From an uncultured Acidobacteriaceae bacterium (lineage in GTDB: Bacteria > Acidobacteriota > Terriglobia > Terriglobales > Acidobacteriaceae), in assembly GCA_963792495.1 (NCBI GenBank), contig CAWBWB010000005.1, positions 273,747-337,746 of the forward strand: a stretch of DNA of 64,000 nt, written 5' to 3'. Shown here one piece after another: positions 28,258 to 37,693 of this stretch. The notes beneath the pieces were generated by a model. The model saw only the letters and a program-made list of their open reading frames with translations. It searched no databases and was not told the DNA's origin. The position numbers and the translations under genes were made by a program. Position 1 is the stretch's first letter. Each line of letters starts with the position of its first letter.

Positions 28258-31200
28258 TTACTCCACCGAGAGCGGGACCTGGGCCGATGCCGTGACCGTT
28301 CCGCTGGTGGCGGTCACGGTAACGCTATAGTTTCCCGTAGTGGTGCCTGGATTGGTATGTGTGGTGCTGATGGTCGCCTTGCCGCACCCGGAGAGACAGC
28401 CTATGGCAACTATCCCCAGGACAATAAGAAATCCAATGCTCCGCCATCTCCTGCGCCGCGCGGCTCCGAAGAAAAGAAGCGCAGCGAGAGTTCCTTCACC
28501 TCCGCGCAGCCAGGCATTCGCTGCCCGAACCGCTGCGCTGCTGGCGGCTGTTGTGTTCACGGTGAGTACGGGCGTGGCCGGATTTCCGCTGGATACCTGC
28601 ACTTGTGCAGGATTCAGGCTGCAGGTCGGCGCGTCCGTGGCTGCTCCTGCGCCTTGATACGAGACGGAGCAGGTCAGGTTCGCGGTTCCCGAAAATCCGC
28701 CCACAGAGGTCACCTGAATGTTCGCGGTTGCGGAACCGCCGGGGGAGCTGATCATCATTCCCGTAGCGGGTGGCGTGACCGTGAGAGTTGCTCCCGTGCC
28801 GGTCAGCGCCACGGATTGCGGCGAGCTGGGGGCACTGTCGGTAATGGTGATGGTGCCGGTAAGGCTGCCTCCAGCCGTTGGCGCAAACGTTACAGAGATG
28901 GTGCAACTGGCGCCCGCTGCCACGCTGCTGCCGCAGGTGTTGGTTTCGGCAAAGTTTGTTGAGGCGGCAACAGAAGTCATCGAAAGCGCAGCCGTCCCCG
29001 AGTTGGTCAGCGTTACCGTCTGCGCGCCGCTCGTGGATCCCGTGTTCTGCGACGCGAAGGAGAGGCTGGCTGGAGAAACGGTGACAGCAGACACAACGAC
29101 GGTAACGGAGGCAGTTCCCGCTGCTGGTGCATAGGTACTGTCTCCGGAATACGAAACCGTGAGCGTGTCATTGCCCAGCGCGAGCGATCCGGCCGGGATG
29201 GTAATCGTGGCGCTGCCGCTGCTCAGAGTGGTAGCCACTGATGTGTAACTGCCGCTGGTGAGTGTCACCGTTCCTGTCGGCGTGGCATTTCCGCTTCCTC
29301 CGCTCACCGTGATTGCTACAGGCAGTGCCTGCGTGGTGGAGATGCTGGAAGATCCCGGCTTCACCGTGACGCTGGGCGTCAGGAAAGACAATAATGTCGC
29401 GGCAAGTGCTACGACATTCTGATTATTCGGCATCGCCAGGCTTTTCAGAGTCTTACTGGAGTCCAACGCAAAGGAATAACTGTAGAGGTAATAGATGCTG
29501 TCCACTCGGGGATATTCGTATGCGTTATCGATATAGGGCATCGCCACCGCTACCGATTCTCCGTCAGCGCACGGATAGGAAGGCGTGCAGCTATAGGTGC
29601 TCGACCAGTCATCAAAGGTTTGTGTGAATGTCTGCGTGGTGTTGTCTGCATAGGTCACAGTGATGGTTTGCGCCGGCTGCACTCCGTTCACGGCGGTTCC
29701 CAGTATTTGCAGAACCGGGGAACGAACGGCCGGCAAGGAAATCACATTCGAATTGATTCCGCTCACCGCATTGGCTTCATTGGGCTTTCCAAAATTGAAT
29801 TGAACACCCTTCACATTGATGCCCATTGGAGTCAGGCCCGGCGGGTTGAGCTGATTTGCGGAGTACACATCGGTGCTGCCATCCAGGCTGTTTGCATAAT
29901 TCAGCGTAGGCCAGCCGACGGAGTCATCGTAGAAGCTATACACGTTGAATGCGCTGGACAGATCGACGGCTGTGCCGGTGCCGCCTGTGAGCGGCGGGTT
30001 CACAATCACATTTACGGGAAAGGTCTGCGTGGTGACTCCGGAACCCGTTGCGGTCAGTGTCAAAGCAGCCGGCTGATTTGCGCCGGTAATTGCGGCAGTG
30101 CTGGAAGCAGTGAGTGTGAGCGTGTAGGTGTTGGGAGTTGAACCTGCGGCCACCTGGGCCGTGATTCCAGAAGGAAGATTCGATGCAGCAACGTCCACGG
30201 TGCCGGTAAATCCGTTGATGTCGGTAATCGTGATGGTGCCGCTGGCGCTGCTGCCCTGGTTCACTGCAATGGCGGCCGCCGGCATAATTCCCAGGCCAAA
30301 GCTGGGATTGGTTGTGCCGTAGGTGAGTGTGGTCGCCGTCGCTGTCGTTGTTACGTTGTAATCGCATTGGGGCTGCGTGCTTGAATCTGTATTGACCGCA
30401 TTTGCCCATGAAGGTGAGGAAACCTGATTCAGGTTGGAGTCATACAGCAGGGACGTAATCGTTAACGATCCGTCTGGCGGGTAATCGAGACACTGATTCA
30501 CGCTGTAGACTTCGAGCACGCCACCGAAGCCCCAGTTGAATGTCTGGCCCTCACTTGGCGATGCGCTTAGCTCGGTGCTCTGGTTGATGGTGGTGTCCTG
30601 GGTGATGACATTCCATGTAGCGCAGGAAACTGTGCCTGCTGCGCAGGTCATCACCGAGGTCCCCACAATGCTGTCACCGGGATTGATGGCGACCGGGGTG
30701 CTCTCGGCTGTGACACCCACCATGCAGCAGTTCCAGCTGGACATGGTCCATTGGTCGCCGTTGTATGACCCGATTACGGGTTGAAGGATGCTGGTTGCCT
30801 GGTCGCTATAGTCTTCAAACCCGGGAAAGAAATAGATTGTCTGGCCATCATGCGTGAGCGGCAACGGCGGCACCGTCCACGTGCTGACCTCTTTTCCATA
30901 CGCTGACGTGGGTGATGTAACGGTATTCGAGTCTTCGATCCAGGCATGGCCGATGGACGGCTGTTCTGCCGGTCCGTCTGTCTTATTTGTATTTCCTGTG
31001 CCGGAGATAAGCTTTCCAAGAGCATTGAAGCGAGGATAGCGGCAGGGGCTGATCTGAGTAGTGGAGCCATTTGCCTGATGGAGCACTCCCTTAGCATCCA
31101 AGGATTCACCCTTGCGGACCTGCAGCACGCACGATGGATGAAAGTAGCCAAACGGTGTGACGACATAATCCGCGGGAACGCCGGTTGGCCGATGCGGCCC

Positions 31201-31296
31201 GGCAGGCGGGAGCATGGAAGCTCTCTGTTGCGCCTTCAAGAAGGCACTACAAACTCCCAGCAAAAGTAGCAGCAGAAACAGCGCTCGCGATTTCAT
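28258..31296 (-). CDS. Large exported modular protein: G1/A4-peptidase-like domain, Ig-like repeats, glycosidase-associated beta-sandwich, Big_3/ASH domains, C-terminal TM hairpin with lipobox
   Basis: Signal peptide; VTPFGYFHPSCV, WTVPPLP, ILQPV; Thr/Ser-rich Ig repeats; tail LAALLFFGAARRRRWR-hydrophobic-LSGC. Confidence 0.8.
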   Translation of the reverse strand: MKSRALFLLLLLLGVCSAFLKAQQRASMLPPAGPHRPTGVPADYVVTPFGYFHPSCVLQVRKGESLDAKGVLHQANGSTTQISPCRYPRFNALGKLISGTGNTNKTDGPAEQPSIGHAWIEDSNTVTSPTSAYGKEVSTWTVPPLPLTHDGQTIYFFPGFEDYSDQATSILQPVIGSYNGDQWTMSSWNCCMVGVTAESTPVAINPGDSIVGTSVMTCAAGTVSCATWNVITQDTTINQSTELSASPSEGQTFNWGFGGVLEVYSVNQCLDYPPDGSLTITSLLYDSNLNQVSSPSWANAVNTDSSTQPQCDYNVTTTATATTLTYGTTNPSFGLGIMPAAAIAVNQGSSASGTITITDINGFTGTVDVAASNLPSGITAQVAAGSTPNTYTLTLTASSTAAITGANQPAALTLTATGSGVTTQTFPVNVIVNPPLTGGTGTAVDLSSAFNVYSFYDDSVGWPTLNYANSLDGSTDVYSANQLNPPGLTPMGINVKGVQFNFGKPNEANAVSGINSNVISLPAVRSPVLQILGTAVNGVQPAQTITVTYADNTTQTFTQTFDDWSSTYSCTPSYPCADGESVAVAMPYIDNAYEYPRVDSIYYLYSYSFALDSSKTLKSLAMPNNQNVVALAATLLSFLTPSVTVKPGSSSISTTQALPVAITVSGGSGNATPTGTVTLTSGSYTSVATTLSSGSATITIPAGSLALGNDTLTVSYSGDSTYAPAAGTASVTVVVSAVTVSPASLSFASQNTGSTSGAQTVTLTNSGTAALSMTSVAASTNFAETNTCGSSVAAGASCTISVTFAPTAGGSLTGTITITDSAPSSPQSVALTGTGATLTVTPPATGMMISSPGGSATANIQVTSVGGFSGTANLTCSVSYQGAGAATDAPTCSLNPAQVQVSSGNPATPVLTVNTTAASSAAVRAANAWLRGGEGTLAALLFFGAARRRRWRSIGFLIVLGIVAIGCLSGCGKATISTTHTNPGTTTGNYSVTVTATSGTVTASAQVPLSVE

Positions 31297-31582
31297 CGGT
31301 GGACCTTTCACGTGGGGATACGAACCTGATCGGAGAGGAAGAGATTCATGCCAAGGCTCAAATTCCGACGTCTTCAGGTTCCGGGGCCTTCAATAGATAT
31401 AGCGTAAAAAAAGAAAAAAGAGTGTCATGATCCGGAGTCAGGGCGTGGCGTCAGTTCCGTTTTGACAAAGGTATTTTCATCCTGACCGCTTCGTGCTGCA
31501 GATACGATCCCAACCCGAAACTCAAAAGGATTGACCTTATCTTTGTGCCAGGCGAAGGAAAGGAGATTCGGTGGTGAGCAGA

Positions 31583-34500
31583 TCAGAATTCCAGGCGTAG
31601 CGCGAACTGTATCTCGCGCGGTGTGCCCGATCCAACAGGCGTGACGGGCGATACGATGCTCGTGTTCACCGTATTGATAATGCTGCCAAAGCCTGTCGTA
31701 TTGGACGGATTAAAGACAGCCTGAGGCTGGCCCAGCTGCGGGTGATTCAGGATGTTGTAGAACTCCGAACGGAATTGCAGCCGCGCGCGCTCTGACAACG
31801 GAAACGTCTTGCCGGCGCCGAGATCCATTTGCCATGTGCCCGGTCCGGCAAGCAGGTTGCGCGGCGCGGTGCCGAATTCTCCAGCCGGAGCAGTAAACGC
31901 TGCTGGATTGATCCATTGGTTTACGTTCCTGCCTCCCGGCGGCGTTAGAGAAACACCCACAACCCGGTCAGGACGCTGCGTGCCGGCGTTGTTGCCATCC
32001 GGCGCGGTGTAGCTGCTGGGCAGAATCACATTGACCGGGAAGCCGGTGCGAGCCAGCGCCGTCGTAGTCAGCTCCCAGCCTCCGGCGATAGCATCCACAA
32101 ATCCGCCCTGGTTCAGCATCTGCTTGCCCCGGCCAAATGGCAGCTCATAGACGGCATTCGCATTGAATACATGGCGCGCATCCCAGTTGCCGCTGGCCCT
32201 GTCGCACGACGGGCAGGCCACATTCTGCGGCACCTGCGAGTCGCCGTCGCCGCTGCCGGCAGAGTCGTCATCGATTCCATGCGTATAGGCATAGTTGGCC
32301 GCCAGCAGAAGCCCGTTCGAGAACGGCCGCCGTAACGATGCAAGAAGTCCGTTGTAACTGCTGCTGAGCTTGGTGCCGCGCCAGGCAATCGCCGGTGCAA
32401 AGTCGGGATACGGAACCTTTCCGGTAAGCGGATCGATCATGTTCACCAGCGAAAGAGTCAGCAGATGCACGCCGCGGCTGCCTGCATAGGAGATGGTGCT
32501 CACCAGATTTGCCGGCAGAGTCTGCTGCACAGAGGCGCTCCACTGTTCCGTGTAGGTGTCTTTGCGGCGGCGGTCCTGCGCGGCTGGAGAAATGGTTCCA
32601 GGGCCGGTGTAGCAAGAGGAATCAATCGGATACGTGAGCGATGCACCGAGGCATTTTGTCAGCGAATAAGCGCCGACTTCATTGCTCTCCGGCAGGTTCT
32701 GGTCGTCCAGCTGTCCGTCTTCGTGATACATGCCGAAGCCGCCGCGCAGCACGGTGTGGCCGCTTCTGCCGGGGGACCAGGAAATCCCGGCGCGGGGATC
32801 AAAGTCGCCGAAATTCTGATACCCGAAACTTGCTCCCACGCCGCAGAAACCCTGCGGTCCGCAGGTGGCAAAGTCGAAGGGATTCGGCTTGCCGTTCACT
32901 TCGCTGAAAAGCTGGAGAAAGGTGTAGCGCGCACCAAGGTTCACTGTGAGGTTAGGCAGCCAGCGGAACTCGTCCTGGATGTAGCCAATATCCCACCATT
33001 TGCGCAATCCATTCATCGGCAAAGCATCGCTGAGGGAAGCTTTGCTGATCTTATTTGCTGCCAGATTCTCGACGGAAGAAAAGGTGATCTTTCCGCTGAT
33101 CGTTTTTCCCTGGTTCATTTGAATGCGGCGGAACTCGACGCCTGTCTTCACCGTATGCCGCCCATGAATCCACGTCAGGTTGTCGAGATAAGAAAACGCA
33201 TTGCCGGCGCCAATGCTGATGCGGTTGTAATTCTGCGTGCTGAGGCCCGTCACGGCAATCTGGTAAAGATTATCGGTCTGGCTGGAGTTGTAGCTGTTCG
33301 ACGTGGAGCGATTGAAACCGACTTCGGCCTCGTTCACCAGGTTTGCATTAAACACATGGAGCAGTTCGAGCGCTCCATTGATGGGATTCGATACCGACTG
33401 CTGCAGATCGGACGCAGTGACCGCAAACGGCTGCGTGTTGACTGACCTGTCGTAGTTGAATCGCATGAAGCCGGTTGTCCTGCTGGAAAAATGCTGGTCG
33501 ATGCGGATCATCGCCGAGCTTTCATTCACCACCTGCTCGCATGCGCAGACAAGCTGGTCAATGTTCGGGTCCTGGTCCACTCCGGGAATCAGAATGGTTC
33601 TCGGTCCGGCCACCGGATAAGCATTCATGATCGGATAAATCGGCGACGAACTGGGAACGGTAGCGCGATAGGCCGGAGTGGGCACGTAGCCAATGACCGG
33701 ATATCCCCAGTTTTGCCGGTACGCTTCAGAAGCAAGAAAGAAGAAGGTCTTGTCGCGCACTATGGGGCCGCCGAGCGATCCGCCGAATTGATTCAGACGA
33801 AGCGGCTGCTGAGCTTCTCCGCCAGAGGCCCAGGCGGGCTCAGTGGCGTCAAAGGCGTCGTTGCGCAAATACTCAAAAGCGCGTCCGTGAAAGCGGTTTG
33901 TGCCCGTGGAGGATGTGACGCTCAGCTGAGGCCCTGCAGTGCCTCCGGTCTCTGCGGGCGAGAGCAGAGAATCGACGCGAAACTCCTGAATCGCATCCAG
34001 CGGAATGGCAAGCCGCACATAGGCGCGCTGAGCCTGGTTCACAATGTTGGTGGCATCCACTCCGTCGTAAGTGAAGTTGTCGTCGTCAGTGCCGCGCCCC
34101 GCAAAGCGCACAGACCGCTGGTTGCTGCCGCCGATATCCACTACGCCGGGAACAAAGGCTGTGAGCGCGGCCCAGTTGCGGCCATTGAGCGGCAATTCAT
34201 CCGCCTGCTCTTTTTCCACCAGGCCGGTGATTGCGATGTTACTGCGATCCATGAGCGCGGAGCTGGCCGAAATCCTGACTGTCTCCTCGCCACCAGCAAC
34301 CTGCATGGCTGCATCCAGGGTGCGCGTCCTGCCGATCACCTGGTTCACGTTGGTGAACTTCAGAGTCTTGAAACCAGAATGGGTAATGGTGACGACATAC
34401 ATGCCCACCGGCAGCTCTGGAATGGCGTAGCTGCCACGCGAGTCCGAAATGGTTTCGCGCCGCAGACCGGTGGAATTTTGTTCCGCGATAATGTGCGCCT

Positions 34501-34687
34501 GCCCGAGCAGCGCGCCGGATGAGTCCGTGATAGTGCCGTTCAATCCGCTGCGGTCCACCTGCGCAAGAGCGCTGCCGGCAAAGAAGAGGACTGCGCAAAG
34601 TGCAATGGAAGCACGCAAGGCTGCACAAAAAGCACGAAGCGCATCAGGGCTTTCAGGGAACCGGAGATTTTTCTTTATCGTTTGCAT
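31583..34687 (-). CDS. TonB-dependent receptor (Oar-type, carboxypeptidase-regulatory-like N-domain)
   Basis: LPLNGRNW, DAIQEFRV, LNQFGGSLGGP, C-terminal PREIQFALRLEF. Confidence 0.93.
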   Translation of the reverse strand: MQTIKKNLRFPESPDALRAFCAALRASIALCAVLFFAGSALAQVDRSGLNGTITDSSGALLGQAHIIAEQNSTGLRRETISDSRGSYAIPELPVGMYVVTITHSGFKTLKFTNVNQVIGRTRTLDAAMQVAGGEETVRISASSALMDRSNIAITGLVEKEQADELPLNGRNWAALTAFVPGVVDIGGSNQRSVRFAGRGTDDDNFTYDGVDATNIVNQAQRAYVRLAIPLDAIQEFRVDSLLSPAETGGTAGPQLSVTSSTGTNRFHGRAFEYLRNDAFDATEPAWASGGEAQQPLRLNQFGGSLGGPIVRDKTFFFLASEAYRQNWGYPVIGYVPTPAYRATVPSSSPIYPIMNAYPVAGPRTILIPGVDQDPNIDQLVCACEQVVNESSAMIRIDQHFSSRTTGFMRFNYDRSVNTQPFAVTASDLQQSVSNPINGALELLHVFNANLVNEAEVGFNRSTSNSYNSSQTDNLYQIAVTGLSTQNYNRISIGAGNAFSYLDNLTWIHGRHTVKTGVEFRRIQMNQGKTISGKITFSSVENLAANKISKASLSDALPMNGLRKWWDIGYIQDEFRWLPNLTVNLGARYTFLQLFSEVNGKPNPFDFATCGPQGFCGVGASFGYQNFGDFDPRAGISWSPGRSGHTVLRGGFGMYHEDGQLDDQNLPESNEVGAYSLTKCLGASLTYPIDSSCYTGPGTISPAAQDRRRKDTYTEQWSASVQQTLPANLVSTISYAGSRGVHLLTLSLVNMIDPLTGKVPYPDFAPAIAWRGTKLSSSYNGLLASLRRPFSNGLLLAANYAYTHGIDDDSAGSGDGDSQVPQNVACPSCDRASGNWDARHVFNANAVYELPFGRGKQMLNQGGFVDAIAGGWELTTTALARTGFPVNVILPSSYTAPDGNNAGTQRPDRVVGVSLTPPGGRNVNQWINPAAFTAPAGEFGTAPRNLLAGPGTWQMDLGAGKTFPLSERARLQFRSEFYNILNHPQLGQPQAVFNPSNTTGFGSIINTVNTSIVSPVTPVGSGTPREIQFALRLEF

Positions 34688-35025
34688 ATTATGACGCCAT
34701 CACCCTGGTGAAATACTGTAAGACTCCAGCCTTTGAAGATTACAGTTTTGTAATGGCGAATCGTTACCGCTGGTTCGCGCGTTGGTTAACGCTGCGTCAA
34801 AATGACTGCCGCGCCCTGTCTATCTTGGGCTATCGCGAACAACTGCGCGCGAAAGCGTATCTCACAGTCTCTACAATTTCGATCATCAGTTCAAGGAACC
34901 AGGGGAGTCCTCAGGTGCTGAGTTGCTTTGGGAACACGAATGTTTCATAAGTCTGACGGGCCGCATAGCCGGATCCTGTAGCCTCAATCCAGCCGCTCAA
35001 TCTCCAGATCGGCTGGAGAAAACAG

Positions 35026-35469
35026 GTGCCGAAAAAGCAGCCAACAGAAAAGCCTCAATCGAAAAACAAAAAGCCCATGCCCGGCTTCGCATTCAATCAA
35101 CTCTCCGTTGAAAAAGCCCGGCGAAGCCTGCTGCGGGATGCACTGCGTCCCAACGAGCAACGCGATCTCGCATTCCGCCGCATCATCCTCTCGATTCCCG
35201 CCGGCAAAGTCAGCACCTACGGCCAGGTGGCAGCAGCCGCGGGTTATCCGCGCTACCATCGCGCCGTTGCGCGCCTTCTGCGCACAGAAGCGGTAGATCA
35301 ACTGCCCTGGCATCGCGTCCTGGGCGCGGGCGGCGAGATCAAACTGCGCGGGGCGCCGGCCCACGAACAGAAGGCGCGCCTCAAACTCGAAGGCGTGAAA
35401 TTCCTTGGTAAGCGAGTGGATATGGAAAGCTTCGAACATCCGCTCAAACCATGGGAGGTCTACGAGTGA
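35026..35469 (+). CDS. Alkyltransferase-like (ATL/YbaZ-type) MGMT-family protein
   Basis: IPAGKVSTYGQVA; PWHRV (Trp in place of the catalytic Cys). Confidence 0.9.
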   Translation: MPKKQPTEKPQSKNKKPMPGFAFNQLSVEKARRSLLRDALRPNEQRDLAFRRIILSIPAGKVSTYGQVAAAAGYPRYHRAVARLLRTEAVDQLPWHRVLGAGGEIKLRGAPAHEQKARLKLEGVKFLGKRVDMESFEHPLKPWEVYE

Positions 35470-35479
35470 TTGCCAGGCC

Positions 35480-36364
35480 TTAGAACCACCTGAATCGACG
35501 CAGCAGGTAGAGTAGCGCGGATGTTGCGACGATAGTGATGCCCGCGACCCATTCGGCCCCGTAGGGAGAATCTTCGAAGGGCAGGCCTTTGAGGTTCATG
35601 CCGTAGATGCCGGAGATGCAGAGCGCGGGCAGCGCGATAGTGCCTAGTATGGTGAGAACCTTCATGACCTCATTGGTGCGATTCGCTACTGAGGAGAGGT
35701 AAATGTCGAGGGTATTGTTGAGAAGGTCGCGCTGTGTCTCTACGGAATCGAGGAGGCGTGTGATGTGATCGTACGTATCCCGGACGTAGGCTTGATGGTC
35801 GCTGTCAATGGTGGTGTCGGGATCGCGTTGCAGGTGCAGTGAGGCGTCGCGCGTATTGACCAGAACGCGGCGGAGCGCAATGAGTTCGCGCTTGATGGCG
35901 AAGATGCTTTGCAGAATCTCTGGTGACGGGTTGCTGAAAACTTCGTCTTCAAGAACGTCAATGCGGTCGTCGAAGTGATCGATAGCCGGAAAGTAAAGAT
36001 CGACGACGGTATCGAGAATGAGATACAGAAGCTTTCCGGGATGCTCGTCATCGCCATCCCGGCGAGCGCGCTCGAGAGCCTGGGCAGTCGTGGGACAGTT
36101 GGGATCAGAGATGGTGATCATAAAATTCTTGCCCGCAAAGATGTCGATGGTGGAGAAGACCGGAGTCTGCTCGCCGGGACGATCAGGATTGGGCACTAAG
36201 CGGACGGGCTTGAGTACGGCGAAGGTATAACGTGGCGTGGTATCCACCTTGACGCCTTCCTCCTCGCTGCGGGCGTCTTCAATGTGCAGGGGATGAATCT
36301 GGTACTGGCTGGCAAGCTCATCGAGTCGGGTGTCGTTGGCATCGTCAAGTTGGTACCAGGGCAT
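35480..36364 (-). CDS. corA: CorA-family Mg2+ transporter
   Basis: IHPLHIED, NEVMKVLT, GIYGMN signature, two C-terminal TMs. Confidence 0.9.
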   Translation of the reverse strand: MPWYQLDDANDTRLDELASQYQIHPLHIEDARSEEEGVKVDTTPRYTFAVLKPVRLVPNPDRPGEQTPVFSTIDIFAGKNFMITISDPNCPTTAQALERARRDGDDEHPGKLLYLILDTVVDLYFPAIDHFDDRIDVLEDEVFSNPSPEILQSIFAIKRELIALRRVLVNTRDASLHLQRDPDTTIDSDHQAYVRDTYDHITRLLDSVETQRDLLNNTLDIYLSSVANRTNEVMKVLTILGTIALPALCISGIYGMNLKGLPFEDSPYGAEWVAGITIVATSALLYLLRRFRWF

Positions 36365-36529
36365 TGCGCCTCCCGTAGCTGGTTCCGGTTGCGAATCTGA
36401 TTTTATCGTTCTGAAGCGTTGATAGAAGAAGGGGCGGCTAGCATCGAAAAGCGGCTGCGTGACCAGCCTCTGCGGTGTTACGCTGGATGGCACAATTTAG
36501 TCCGCATCCGTAGTGTGTATGGGAATGGA

Positions 36530-37693
36530 ATGATGAAATTTCCCGCTGATTTTTTATCTCGCAATCAGGCTTCTCTCGTTCCTAGTCGTCGGGAGTTTCT
36601 TCGGCTCAGTTCGGCCTGCGCGGTCGCTTCGGCCACTCTTCCATCTCTGCGGCTGAATGCTCTCAGCCAGACTCCTGCGCGAAAGGTAGTGATCGTTACC
36701 TTTGGCGGCGGCGCGCGAGATGAAGAGACCTTTGCACCGGATGGCCACGAAAACATTCCAGGTATGCTGAACACGCTTCTGCCGCAGAGCACGTTCTTCG
36801 GGCAAGTTATCAATCGCGGCATTCTTGGCCACTATGTTGCCACCACAAGCCTTGCCACGGGAATCTACGAGACCTTCAATAACTTCTCGGGTGTTCCGTC
36901 TCCCAATCCGACACTCTTTGAGTACTTCCGCAAGGGCCTTAATCGCAGCGAAAACGACGCATGGCTTATCTCACCCAGCAATGGCTTTCGCAATATGGGT
37001 TGCGGCACGCATCGCTCTTTCGGAGCGCAGTACGGCGCCAATGTGATTCTGCCGAAACAGTTACTGCAGGCCACGGATTCGCGTCGCAGCACCGACAACC
37101 TGGACCGCCTGTTACGCGACACCTATGAAGAGCCGCATCTCGCTGCCGGAGCTTCGCCATCCGAGGCGCAGTTCTATCAAATTGAGAAATCACTGGGAGT
37201 GACCGGCAAAGAATTTGCGCGCAAGGCCCTGGAGATGCAAAGCGCTGACGAGCTCTCGACGTATGCTGCGACGCAGCTCATGCAGCATTCTGCGCCAAGC
37301 CTGCTGTGGATTACATTGCACGATATCGATATGGCGCACTCGGGTGCGTATTCGCTCTATATCGATGGAATCCAGCGTACAGATCGTCTTTGCGTGGAGA
37401 TATGGAATCACATCCAGAGCAATCCGGAATATTCCGGTAAGACTACCCTCTTCATCCTGCCGGATTTTGGCCGGGACTCAGACACAGACCCATCAGGAAA
37501 CGGCTTTCAGCATCACCGGACCGGGGATGCTGCATCGCGCACCACATGGATGATGGTGCTTGGCCCGCATGTGCGGCAAGGCGTCTTTATCGAGCGCGCC
37601 GTTGACTCGCGCGATCTTGTCCCCACAGTGGGGCGGCTGCTTGGCTTTCCCACGCTGCTTGCGGAAGGCGCCGTCCTTCCAGAGGTGGTGTGA
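36530..37693 (+). CDS. Tat-exported alkaline-phosphatase-superfamily protein, DUF1501-like
   Basis: SRREFL Tat motif; VVIVTFGGG..DEETF, HDIDMAH, PDFGRD, QHH. Confidence 0.65.
   Translation: MMKFPADFLSRNQASLVPSRREFLRLSSACAVASATLPSLRLNALSQTPARKVVIVTFGGGARDEETFAPDGHENIPGMLNTLLPQSTFFGQVINRGILGHYVATTSLATGIYETFNNFSGVPSPNPTLFEYFRKGLNRSENDAWLISPSNGFRNMGCGTHRSFGAQYGANVILPKQLLQATDSRRSTDNLDRLLRDTYEEPHLAAGASPSEAQFYQIEKSLGVTGKEFARKALEMQSADELSTYAATQLMQHSAPSLLWITLHDIDMAHSGAYSLYIDGIQRTDRLCVEIWNHIQSNPEYSGKTTLFILPDFGRDSDTDPSGNGFQHHRTGDAASRTTWMMVLGPHVRQGVFIERAVDSRDLVPTVGRLLGFPTLLAEGAVLPEVV

Noticed and set aside
35026-35469. Active O6-methylguanine methyltransferase (ogt)
   Set aside because: PWHRV lacks the acceptor Cys, so it is an ATL damage sensor
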